A stretch of 18,394 bases of DNA, from the NCBI GenBank assembly GCA_040005235.1, contig JBDTZG010000086.1:1-18394 (forward strand). Direction: 5' to 3'. This document shows, piece by piece, positions 1-8,679 of this stretch; the first letter of the stretch is position 1, and each line of letters starts with the position of its first letter. Source of the stretch: Acidobacteriota bacterium (lineage in GTDB: Bacteria > Acidobacteriota > Thermoanaerobaculia > Multivoradales > UBA5704). The translations under genes and the position numbers were made by a program. The notes beneath the pieces are model-generated. The model saw only the letters and a list, made by a program, of their open reading frames with translations. It did no database searches and was not told the origin of the DNA.

Positions 1-263
1 GCTCAGTGGACCTGAACCTCAGGAAAACGGCCCTTCTGCCACGGGCTGCTAGCCGGGCGGCGAATTCGCCGAAACCTCCTAGAGCGTGTTAGAGAACTTG
101 ACTCTTTAGAACTGACCGGAAGTGAGCGCATCGATTTCGCACTTCCGGAGGCGGAAGGCGGAAGGCTCACAGCATTTCTCGTCGAGAGGCGCGCGCCGGA
201 GCGTTCAATGGTTTCAAGCGCGCGCGAAGGCCGGATCTTTCAACGCGAGGAGTTCTAGGGACG

Positions 264-3200
264 ATGACCGATCACATTGGAAACCGAGCAATTGTTGTCG
301 AATGCCTTCGTCGCGAGCTTGTTGGCCCCGCACCAGCCGGGAGGGAGATAGACGTTTCGGGTGAGATTCGCTTCACCGAGGCCCAGGACTCGTACGGCCC
401 TTGGCGACAGGTGGGTGGCGGCGAGGAGATCCTGGCACGCGACAGCCCAGTGAAACGCTATGGGGTCGGGGTTCTCTACCCAGTGCCGCGGGATGCACAG
501 TCCGGCGCCGTCGACGGATCGGTAGAAGAGGATCCGATCGAGCAGGAGCTCGATGGTCTTGAAGCGCTGGACGAGCGGCCGGCGGAGGTTATCGAGGTCC
601 ACACCAGTGGACCCATCGCGAGCCCTCAGGAAGCGGATACGGACGACTTCGACCTCTCGCTCGCGAACGCCTATCAACCGAGCAGTATGGGTGTCAGCTT
701 CCTCGCGGATTTGAGGGATGGCGACGATCTGGTCGTCGAGGTGACTGGTGGACGGTATAGCCAGGCGGTTGTCATCGTCGCGGTGCCGGGCAAGCCGGAG
801 AGGAAACGCATTTGGTGGCTTCGGTATCCGGTGCGAGTACTGGCGAAGGTGCCGGGCAATTTGCTCCGGCCCGATGGGCCCAGCCGTCTGGTCGCGAGAT
901 ATTGCGAGGCTGGCGAGGGCTTAGTCACCGAGATGTCGAACGTCGGTGAGCTTAGCCTGCAAGTCGAGGTAATCACCCGTCCACACGGGCCGGGCCAGCG
1001 TTTGCTTACCGTGTGCCTGGTGAACCGTTCAACCGGCGCGCGCAGCAAGAGCGAGCAATGCCTGTTTCAGGCCGCCTTCTCCGCGGAAATAGTAAAGCCC
1101 ACCGGCGATTCGGCGATCCTTCCGTATCCGGGACCGCGAGTGGATACGGATCTCGAGGAAGAATCCTTCGCATTGCTCTATCGAGGGTGGCAGGCCTTCG
1201 CAACCGGGCACGGCTGTTCCGCCGATTGGATCCTCGACGAAGGCGCTGATCGTGCCCGGGCTGTGCGAGCGGAGAGTCTGCCCGTGACCGAGACCCCGAC
1301 AGTCACCCCGGACATCACTCGGACGGATGGGTCTCCACTAGTGGCATCGATGGTGGCGCTGGGAGGGCTCGATCCCGGCGATGACGGTTTCTACGCTCTT
1401 GATGAGATCGTCTCAGGCTATGAGCGCTGGATCAAGGAGCGGCGAGCGGAATCCGACGCGCTTTCAAGTCGCTATCGGCAAGCAGGGCATAGTCACATGA
1501 TTGCTTGCGCCGAAGCGGCGGCTCGAATGCGAGCCGGTCTCGAGTTTCTACAGCACGACGCTCGAGCTCGGCGCGCATTCCGCCTAGCCAACCACGCGGT
1601 CCTACTTCAGCAGCTGGCGACTCAAATTGTATCGCGTGACTTCTCCTACGATGTCAAACGAAAGGCGCTCGACTTCGTCGGCGAGAGGTCACTTCCGGAT
1701 GTGAGCCGTGTCCCGCCTGACCGCGGACTATGGCGCGCGTTCCAAATCGGCTTCCTTCTGATGAGTCTTCGTTCCTCAGTTGACGGCGACGCGGCGGACC
1801 GGCGGACGGTAGAACTCCTTTGGTTTCCTACCGGGGGTGGCAAAACCGAGGCATATCTGGGCCTCGCGGCGTTCTCGGCATTCATGCGGCGCCTGAAGGC
1901 CGTTGACGATTGTGGGGTGCATGTGCTCATGCGCTACACCCTTCGCCTACTCACAGCACAGCAGTTCCAGAGGGCTTCCAGCCTTCTTTGCGCCATGGAG
2001 CATCTTCGTCGACTCAATTCCCAAGAGTTAGGGAGCGGTCCATTCTCGACCGGAATCTGGCTTGGTGGCGATACCACCCCTAACAAGCGATCAGGTGCCC
2101 TCAAAGCACTCCGGGAATTGGAGCGCTCGAAGGACGCACCTAATCCGTTCGTTCTCGGACGTTGCCCATGGTGTGGCGCGAAGTTCGGGCGTGTCCAGCT
2201 ACCTGGCATGCGCGGTCGAAGAGGCGGCCCAGCTCTCACTCCTGGGTACGCGCGGCATAGCGAGGTGGGCGGAGAGGAAACCGTGGCACTCCGTTGCCCC
2301 GACGGTGACTGTGAATTCGCTTCTGGCCTTCCGGTTTACGTGATTGACGAGGACATTTACCAGAAACGACCAACCCTTGTCATCGGTACGGTAGATAAAT
2401 TCGCGATGCTTGCGTGGGAACCGAAAGCTCGGTCGCTGTTCGGGCTGAATTCCGAAGGCGAGCGTGTAGCCTCGCCGCCGGGTCTTATCATTCAGGACGA
2501 GCTACACCTCATCGCGGGCCCGCTGGGCTCCCTTGCCGGTCTTTATGAGACAGTGATCGAAGAACTCGCGACAGACTATCGTTCGGGGTCGGTCATTTCT
2601 CCGAAGATCGTGTGTTCTACAGCGACGATCAGGCGCTTCGAGGACCAGATCCGCGCTCTCTACGCTCGTGAACGAGTGGCGCTATTTCCGCCACCTGGAC
2701 TCGATGCGAGCGACTCCTTCTTTGCGCGCCATGATCGGAAAAGCGCGGGACGCATCTTCGTCGGCGTGCACGCCGTCAGTCTCGGATCTGTTCAGACGGA
2801 GTGGGTCCGCACCTTCACCGCCCTATTGCAAGCGCCAATGCCACTGGATCTCGAGGGTCGCGACCCTTGGTGGACGCTTCTGGTTTTCTTCAACAGCATT
2901 CGCGAGATGGGGACGGCCCACACCTTGTTTCAGTCGGACGTGCCTGATTACGCAAAGGTTCTCTGTAGTCGCGAGGGCATCGCGCGTGACCAACGTCGAT
3001 ATCTAAGCGCTGGGCGGATCTTCGAGTTGACCGGTGGGCTTCCAAGCGATGAGATTATGGAAGCGATAGCGGCTCTCGAGATTGCCTGTACAAGCCGCTG
3101 GACGCCCAAGGACGTCTGCTTGGCGTCCAGCGTGATCGAGGTAGGCATAGACATTCCAAGACTCTCGCTGATGGTTGTAGCTGGACAACCCAAAACGACG

Positions 3201-3779
3201 TCTCAATACATTCAAGTAACGGGACGCGTAGGCCGCGTCCGAGAACGGCCAGGTCTCATCGTCACGATGTATAGTCCGTCAAAGCCTCGAGATCGCTCTC
3301 ATTTTGAGCGCTTCCGCGCCTACCATGAGCGTCTCTATGCTCAGGTTGAGCCCACAAGTGTGACTCCCTTCTCGGCGCCAGCGCTTGATCGCGCTCTTCA
3401 CGCCGTGATGGTCGCCCATTGCCTTCAAATTGGCGGCCCGGATATCGCACGCTCACCATTCCCGTACCCGGATGCTCTGATCGAGCGGCTGCGGCCGTTA
3501 ATCGAGAATCGCGTTCGCCGGGTGGATCCCGCTGAACTTGAGACGACGCGGCGCGTTTTCGAGAAGCGGATCCGGCAATGGCGAGATTGGCAGCGCACTC
3601 GCTGGAGAGGCGACCCTCAAGCGGAGGAGACAGCGCTGCTCCGCATCTTTGGCGAGTACGCGAGCCCCGCTATGGCTCGCCTCTCTTGGCCGACGCCAAC
3701 GTCGATGCGAAATGTTGACGCTGAGTGTGAAGCGCAAATAACGACAACCTATATTGACACTGAGGGTGCCGATGCGTAA
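264..3779 (+). CDS. drmA: DISARM-type SF2 helicase DrmA (1171 aa)
   Basis: Walker A FPTGGGKTEAY, MRYTLRLLTAQQFQRA, GTVDKFA, Walker B QDELHL, STATIR, EVGIDIPRL, motif VI YIQVTGRVGR, RDRSHFE and a CPWC...CPDGDC insert. Sits immediately upstream of a DUF1998 gene. GGA-type RBS (AGGGA) just before ATG 264. Confidence 0.9.
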   Translation: MTDHIGNRAIVVECLRRELVGPAPAGREIDVSGEIRFTEAQDSYGPWRQVGGGEEILARDSPVKRYGVGVLYPVPRDAQSGAVDGSVEEDPIEQELDGLEALDERPAEVIEVHTSGPIASPQEADTDDFDLSLANAYQPSSMGVSFLADLRDGDDLVVEVTGGRYSQAVVIVAVPGKPERKRIWWLRYPVRVLAKVPGNLLRPDGPSRLVARYCEAGEGLVTEMSNVGELSLQVEVITRPHGPGQRLLTVCLVNRSTGARSKSEQCLFQAAFSAEIVKPTGDSAILPYPGPRVDTDLEEESFALLYRGWQAFATGHGCSADWILDEGADRARAVRAESLPVTETPTVTPDITRTDGSPLVASMVALGGLDPGDDGFYALDEIVSGYERWIKERRAESDALSSRYRQAGHSHMIACAEAAARMRAGLEFLQHDARARRAFRLANHAVLLQQLATQIVSRDFSYDVKRKALDFVGERSLPDVSRVPPDRGLWRAFQIGFLLMSLRSSVDGDAADRRTVELLWFPTGGGKTEAYLGLAAFSAFMRRLKAVDDCGVHVLMRYTLRLLTAQQFQRASSLLCAMEHLRRLNSQELGSGPFSTGIWLGGDTTPNKRSGALKALRELERSKDAPNPFVLGRCPWCGAKFGRVQLPGMRGRRGGPALTPGYARHSEVGGEETVALRCPDGDCEFASGLPVYVIDEDIYQKRPTLVIGTVDKFAMLAWEPKARSLFGLNSEGERVASPPGLIIQDELHLIAGPLGSLAGLYETVIEELATDYRSGSVISPKIVCSTATIRRFEDQIRALYARERVALFPPPGLDASDSFFARHDRKSAGRIFVGVHAVSLGSVQTEWVRTFTALLQAPMPLDLEGRDPWWTLLVFFNSIREMGTAHTLFQSDVPDYAKVLCSREGIARDQRRYLSAGRIFELTGGLPSDEIMEAIAALEIACTSRWTPKDVCLASSVIEVGIDIPRLSLMVVAGQPKTTSQYIQVTGRVGRVRERPGLIVTMYSPSKPRDRSHFERFRAYHERLYAQVEPTSVTPFSAPALDRALHAVMVAHCLQIGGPDIARSPFPYPDALIERLRPLIENRVRRVDPAELETTRRVFEKRIRQWRDWQRTRWRGDPQAEETALLRIFGEYASPAMARLSWPTPTSMRNVDAECEAQITTTYIDTEGADA

Positions 3780-5721
3780 GCGGGCCATTCGCCGAGGGCA
3801 GCTAATCGCTCCGTTCGGACCAGGCGCGATGACCGTCATGCGGGACGGGACGAGCTTGATCGCGGCGGGTCTCGACCACTGGTATGAGCCCGAAGTGGCG
3901 GGCAACGGGGAGTACGACCCGACCGAATTTTGGTTCGGAGAGTGGCGCCTGGAACGTGAATTGGGTGTCAAGTACTTCGGACTTCCGCCGGACTACCGGA
4001 AACGCCGATTGGACATGCCGAGTAGCGCGCCAAACTCCGAACTCACGATTCCGTTTCTCCGGTTTCCGCAGTGGCACGTTTGTCCGCGATGTCAACGCCT
4101 GGAGCGCTCTCCCCTTGTCTTGAGGGATTTTCCCCGGTGCCCAGCCTGTTCCGACCGAGTGGATCGAGGTGGGAGGGCGCCGGCGATGGTCCAGGTCCGA
4201 TTCATCGCGCTCTGCGATCAGGGGCATCTGCAGGACTTTCCGTGGCGCGAGTGGGTGCACGCCTCGATCCATCCTGGCTGTGACCGGCCGATGCGCCTGG
4301 TCGCGATGGGCGGGGCTTCCCTCGCCGCGACGCGCGTCGAGTGCGAGTGCGGACTCAAGCGCAACCTTGAACACATTACCGATGCTGACTCACCGGGAGG
4401 CGACAAGGCGCCGTCGTCTTTTCTGACTCGCAACCTCGCGCAAGGAACCGAGTATCCCTGCGAGGGGCGCTTTCCTTGGCTGGGCGACGAGAAGGGGCGC
4501 GGCTGCGTGCGTCCACTGCGTGGCGCCCTGCGTGGGGCTACGAACGTCTATTTCTCGGTTGTCAGGAGCGCGGTATATCTCCCGCGGGGTGGAAGTGATG
4601 TCCCAAGCGAGCTTGTGGAGTTGCTGGAGAATCCACCGCTTTCGACTTTGATAGGGCTGCTGAGGACTCGGGACTATCCATTGGAGCCTGCTGTGCTTCG
4701 TGGGCAGCAGGGGCAGTTGCTCCGAGAGTTCTCAGACAAGGAGATCCGGCTAGCGCTTGAACGAGTGACCACAGATTCGCCCGTGGAGGACGTCGAACGT
4801 GGGAACACCGACGATGCGGAGACCGCCTTCCGACGAGAGGAGCACGCGGTCTTGCGGACCGCCAGGAGCGACGAGCAACTGTTCACCTGCCCCCAGGATC
4901 TGTCCGACTACGGCGGCGCCATCACGATGTCGTTCGCGCGCGTCACGCTGATTCCTAAACTCCGTGAGACCCGCGCGTTCGCGGGCTTTTCTCGCGTCTT
5001 CGCTGAAAACGATCAATCTCTCGATGACCGAAAGGCGATGTTGTGGAGGACTATCCCGGCGACGCAGTGGCTTCCGGCCTATCTGGTCTTCGGCGAAGGA
5101 ATCTACCTGGAGTTGAACGAGGTGATTCTTCAGCGGTGGGAGGGTCGCCCTGAGATCCTTGAGCGAACCGATCGACTAGGCGATCGATTTCAGTTGGTGC
5201 TTCAGCGACGGCGTCTCGGTCCGCGGTATCTCAGCCCGCGACTGGTATTGCTTCACACCCTGGCGCACCTCCTAATGAATCAGCTGACGTTCGACTGCGG
5301 CTACAGCACCGCGTCGCTTCGTGAGCGACTCTACGTGTCCGCCGATCGGACCGCCCCGATGGCTGGTCTGTTGATCTACACGGCGGCGGGCGACGCGGAA
5401 GGCACGATGGGTGGCCTTGTGCGCATGGGGAAGCCTGGCAATCTGGAGCCGGTAATAGAACGGGCGCTTCTGAACGCGAGGTGGTGCTCCGCCGATCCCG
5501 TGTGCATGGAACTCGGCGAGCTCGGAGGACAGGGTCCGGACTCGTGCAATCTCGCCGCCTGCCACAACTGCGCTCTGGCGCCCGAGACGTCATGCGAGGA
5601 GTTCAATCGCTTCCTTGATCGAGGGCTCGTGGTGGGCACGCTCGAAAGACCGACGATCGGATTCTTCGATTCGGGCGGCGGCGCGGGCAACGTGGCCTTC
5701 GACGATCGGGAGCGCTTGTGA
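3772..5721 (+). CDS. drmB: DISARM-type DUF1998 protein DrmB
   Basis: N-terminal IRRGQLIAPFGPGA, RFPQW..CPRC, RFIALCDQGHLQDFPW; C-terminal LLHTLAHLLMNQL...CGYS.ASLRERLY, GTMGGLV and Cys cluster CSADPVC...CNLAACHNC...ETSCE typical of DUF1998. Preferred start is ATG 3772 (GAGGG upstream), overlapping the drmA stop by 8 bp, not TTG 3754. Confidence 0.9.
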   Translation: MRKRAIRRGQLIAPFGPGAMTVMRDGTSLIAAGLDHWYEPEVAGNGEYDPTEFWFGEWRLERELGVKYFGLPPDYRKRRLDMPSSAPNSELTIPFLRFPQWHVCPRCQRLERSPLVLRDFPRCPACSDRVDRGGRAPAMVQVRFIALCDQGHLQDFPWREWVHASIHPGCDRPMRLVAMGGASLAATRVECECGLKRNLEHITDADSPGGDKAPSSFLTRNLAQGTEYPCEGRFPWLGDEKGRGCVRPLRGALRGATNVYFSVVRSAVYLPRGGSDVPSELVELLENPPLSTLIGLLRTRDYPLEPAVLRGQQGQLLREFSDKEIRLALERVTTDSPVEDVERGNTDDAETAFRREEHAVLRTARSDEQLFTCPQDLSDYGGAITMSFARVTLIPKLRETRAFAGFSRVFAENDQSLDDRKAMLWRTIPATQWLPAYLVFGEGIYLELNEVILQRWEGRPEILERTDRLGDRFQLVLQRRRLGPRYLSPRLVLLHTLAHLLMNQLTFDCGYSTASLRERLYVSADRTAPMAGLLIYTAAGDAEGTMGGLVRMGKPGNLEPVIERALLNARWCSADPVCMELGELGGQGPDSCNLAACHNCALAPETSCEEFNRFLDRGLVVGTLERPTIGFFDSGGGAGNVAFDDRERL

Positions 5722-6962
5722 TCGCGGGATCTCGAAGCCCGAGGGTTCTAGAACTCTTTGCGGGAGCGGGTGGCATGGCTTTAGGCCTTCACAGAGCGGG
5801 TTTCCATCATTTGGCCCTGCTAGAGAAGGATCCGAATGCTGTAGAGACGCTTCAGGCGAATGCCACATCTGGAGCGGGAGTACGGCCGGACAGCCCAATC
5901 AAGTCCCTAGATGTGCATCGTTACAGGTACAACGGCTTTGCGACCGACATCACGCTTATGGCTGCGGGGGCGCCCTGTCAGCCATTCTCGCTCGCGGGGA
6001 ATCACCTGGGAGACGAGGACGAGAGGAATCTTTTTCCCGAGGTATTTCGCGCCCAGCGCGAGCTCATTCCACGAGCCGTCCTACTCGAGAACGTTTGGGG
6101 ACTCGCGCGACCGAGTTTTCGGCCGTATCTAGAGTACCTGCTCCTTCAGTTGGCGCTCCCGCATAGCACGGCTCGCCCGCATGAGATCTGGCAGTCACAT
6201 AAGCTGCGACTTCAGGTCGAAGTTCAAAGAAATCGCGCTAGGGACGCACCGTCGTACGATGTACGAATCGCGGCCGTTGAATGTGCCAACTACGGTGTTC
6301 CTCAACGGCGCAACCGCTTGTTCATTGTGGCTTTTCGGACCGATCTCGACATCGTGTGGAAATGGCCGGAGGCTACCCACAGCGAGCACGCGTTGCGCTT
6401 CGCTAAGTACTCGACCGGAACCTACTGGCTTGAGCATGGCGTATGCCCTCAGCACGCGGATGGAGGCTCCGATCAAGCAGTGCTTCTGAATCCGAACGGG
6501 ACGAGCCGATGGCGAACCGTGCGAGATGTGCTCCAGAATCTCCCAACCCCGGACCCGCCCGGCGCGAGCCAGCCATACCACCCAAACCACTATCGAATTG
6601 ATGGGTGTCGCGAGTACCGAGGGCATACTGGAAGTCCCATGGATCAACCCGCCAAGACACTCAAAGCTGGGGTTCACGGAGTGCCTGGCGGTGAGAATAT
6701 GATTCGGTTCTCAAACGGGGTCTTGCGCTACTTCTCTCTTCACGAGTCGGCGCTACTTCAGACATTTCCACCAGAGTACGTCTTTAGAGGTACCCGAAGC
6801 GCGGCGATTCGGCAGATTGGGAACGCCGCTCCCATAGAGGTTGTTCGTCTTTTTGGTGAGCAAATTCGGCAGATGTTAGAGCGGGCGACGATAGCAAATC
6901 GGGTGAAATTCCGTACGCCGCTCGTGGATTTGATCGACGGCGCAGCCCTCCGTCAACTGTGA
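5718..6962 (+). CDS. DNA (cytosine-5) methyltransferase (occupies the DrmMII role)
   Basis: C5-MTase motifs: I LELFAGAGG, IV GAPCQPFS, VI ENVWGL, VIII YGVPQRRNR, IX RYFSLHESALLQTFP, X QIGNA. GTG start overlaps the drmB stop (GTGA). Confidence 0.93.
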   Translation: MIAGSRSPRVLELFAGAGGMALGLHRAGFHHLALLEKDPNAVETLQANATSGAGVRPDSPIKSLDVHRYRYNGFATDITLMAAGAPCQPFSLAGNHLGDEDERNLFPEVFRAQRELIPRAVLLENVWGLARPSFRPYLEYLLLQLALPHSTARPHEIWQSHKLRLQVEVQRNRARDAPSYDVRIAAVECANYGVPQRRNRLFIVAFRTDLDIVWKWPEATHSEHALRFAKYSTGTYWLEHGVCPQHADGGSDQAVLLNPNGTSRWRTVRDVLQNLPTPDPPGASQPYHPNHYRIDGCREYRGHTGSPMDQPAKTLKAGVHGVPGGENMIRFSNGVLRYFSLHESALLQTFPPEYVFRGTRSAAIRQIGNAAPIEVVRLFGEQIRQMLERATIANRVKFRTPLVDLIDGAALRQL

Positions 6963-7429
6963 CGGGAGAAGGGCTCGTGACCCGCGACGCGAAGATCACA
7001 TCGGAAATCATGGCGAGTGTGCGCTCGAGAAACACGCGACCTGAGTTGGCGGTCCGAAAGCGGCTCTGGTCTCTTGGATATCGCTATCGAATTCACCCCA
7101 GCGGCATCATCGGCCGGCCGGATCTCGCCTTCGTAGGCTTGCGCGTCGCGGTGTTCATCGATGGTGATTTCTGGCACGGAAATCCCCGGGAATGGAAGCG
7201 CCGCGGCTGCGAGAAATTCGAAGATATGTTCCCTTCACGCGCTGAGTGGTGGACGGCTAAGATTCGTCGCAATATTGAACGAGACCGTGTCGTCACTCGC
7301 GAGCTTCGAGCGGCGAGTTGGTGCGTGGTGCGTTGCTGGGAGAGTTCGATCAGCCGAGACCTTGAAGGGGAGATACTGCGGATCGCTGGGGCAGTGGAAA
7401 ATAGTGCTCGACGTCGGCGCTGTGCATAA
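6959..7429 (+). CDS. vsr: Very-short-patch repair endonuclease (Vsr)
   Basis: MASVRSRNTRPELAVRKRL, GRPDLAF, AVFIDGDFWHG, WW.AKIRRNIERDR, W.VVRCWE are Vsr signatures. GTGA overlap with the MTase stop; Vsr commonly accompanies C5-MTases. Start could instead be GTG 6978. Confidence 0.9.
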   Translation: MTGEGLVTRDAKITSEIMASVRSRNTRPELAVRKRLWSLGYRYRIHPSGIIGRPDLAFVGLRVAVFIDGDFWHGNPREWKRRGCEKFEDMFPSRAEWWTAKIRRNIERDRVVTRELRAASWCVVRCWESSISRDLEGEILRIAGAVENSARRRRCA

Positions 7430-7465
7430 ACATAAGGCCAATCTCAATTCCCTGTTGCGAGGCCT

Positions 7466-7699
7466 TTACAACCCAGGGAGCGATTTTGCCTGTGCCCGGT
7501 GTGACGACGTAGCTCCTCGCGCCGTGAGCGCGATCCCCTGCTCTTGGTGCTTATGGAGAGCGAGCGGCTCGCCGTCGGCCTGAAAGATCTCGGCACAGCC
7601 CGGTTGGAGCATGTCAGAGGCCACGAGCTCGCCGACCGTCTTGGTGCGTCGATAGCTTGGGTTGGTCTGGATCAGAGGCTCGGGCCAGAACTTACCGGC
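7466..7699 (-). pseudogene. Degenerate N-terminal fragment of a large DEAD/DEAH-box helicase
   Basis: Manual translation of the minus strand from 7699: AGKFWPEPLIQTNPSYRRTKTVGELVASDMLQPGCAEIFQADGEPLALHKHQEQGIAL. In a shifted frame it continues RSYVVTPGTG, and KSL follows in the original frame. This is a Q-motif plus a frameshifted Walker A (expected SYVVTTGTGSGKSL). No intact start; stop at 7466. Not in the ORF track. Confidence 0.72.
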
Positions 7700-7701
7700 G
7701 C

Positions 7702-7788
7702 ATCCACCTTCCGAGCCCCGGCACCGGGAACGTCCGGGAGGCCGATTTCACCAACAAGAAGGGGCCCGACGTCGAGCCGACCCCGTAA
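7702..7788 (+). pseudogene. Possible orphan 3' end of a truncated gene (IHLPSPGTGNVREADFTNKKGPDVEPTP*)
   Basis: Nearly every codon in this frame ends in G/C, like the backbone genes, up to TAA 7786-7788. No convincing start or RBS; begins where the helicase remnant ends. Confidence 0.35.
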
Positions 7789-7868
7789 GTCTCCGGGAAC
7801 CCCAAACAGTTTCTACCCGGGCAAAACTCCCGCCCCGTTACACCTTCCAGCCAAAAGTTGCAACGCAG

Positions 7869-7895
7869 AAAGATGGCCGAAAAAGGGCCATCTTT
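7869..7895. other. Perfect 10-bp inverted repeat (AAAGATGGCC-gaaaaag-GGCCATCTTT)
   Basis: Read directly from sequence; terminator, operator or leader structure not resolved. Confidence 0.5.
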
Positions 7896-8103
7896 GTGCC
7901 TGGACCCCTCCTTTTGCGGCCTGTAGCGTTCTCGGCGTGATGAACGCTCCCTGCGCCGTCCCGCTTTCGATCTTCCCGACCCTGAGCGTCGACGGTCCGG
8001 CCGTCGAGCTTCGGAAGCTTGCCGAGCTCGCGACGTCCACTCAATGCCCCAGGCATTTTCGGGCCGCATATCGCGTCCCGTTATTCGCAAAAGGAGTTGT
8101 GCC

Positions 8104-8469
8104 ATGAAAGACACCAGTTTCGCGGACAAGATCAGCCGGTGCGAGACCACGCTTCAGAATCTTTTGAGCGAGGTGCCCAACATCCCGGGCGGCGAGACCT
8201 ACGTCGCCGAAGTGCGGCAACGGGTCGAGGATCTGCGCGCTTCGCAGGAAGGGGTGCAATCGCTGCGCGGCCAGTTGACGGAGGCGGTGATCGTCCGCCA
8301 ACAGCGTGACCGGGAGGCGAGCGAATCCCTCCGGAATCTTGCGGCGGTTGTCCGGGCGAAGTTCGGTTTCGCCAACCCGGTGATCGAGAGCTTCAACATT
8401 CGATCGGAGCACCGGTCAAAGCGCGGCCGTAAGCCGAAGGTGAAGTCCGTCGCCGAAAAAGCCGCCTGA
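8104..8469 (+). CDS. Hypothetical 121-aa helical/coiled-coil protein with basic C-terminal tail
   Basis: Strong RBS AAGGAG at 8091-8096 before ATG 8104; GC3-rich codons; tail RSKRGRKPKVK; terminator downstream. Confidence 0.75.
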   Translation: MKDTSFADKISRCETTLQNLLSEVPNIPGGETYVAEVRQRVEDLRASQEGVQSLRGQLTEAVIVRQQRDREASESLRNLAAVVRAKFGFANPVIESFNIRSEHRSKRGRKPKVKSVAEKAA

Positions 8470-8581
8470 TCTAGCAGGGTGCGCCGTGCGCACCGTCCCC
8501 GGGGAGCTCCCACGGATTGCAGGCACGGCCCACCCAACGATTTTTGAGATCGGAAAGCGGGTGAGTAGGAAGTCGAGAGGG

Positions 8582-8614
8582 AAGGGTGAGGCTTGGCCGG
8601 CCTCACCCTTTTTT
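8582..8614 (+). terminator. Rho-independent terminator after the 8104-8469 gene
   Basis: AAGGGTGAGGC-ttggccg-GCCTCACCCTT followed by a T run. Confidence 0.75.
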
Positions 8615-8667
8615 CTTGGCAGCTTCCCCGTGCCACGAAGGGCCTCGCCTTAGGGGACCGCGGGCGC

Positions 8668-8673
8668 TACAGT
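8668..8673 (+). promoter_or_regulatory. Possible -10 element (TACAGT) of a leaderless DUF885 transcript
   Basis: TAnnnT hexamer 6 nt before ATG 8680; no Shine-Dalgarno at normal spacing. Confidence 0.3.
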
Positions 8674-8679
8674 GCGACG

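Noticed and set aside
98-126. Sigma70 promoter from TTGACT
   Set aside because: No -10 hexamer at 16-18 bp spacing.
7544-8150. ORFs 7544-8107 (+) and 7692-8150 (-)
   Set aside because: Low-complexity, motif-free translations with no RBS; the region is better explained by the helicase remnant, gene tail and structured leader.
8593-8679. TTG 8593 start for DUF885
   Set aside because: Lies in the loop of the upstream terminator and would bury the signal peptide.
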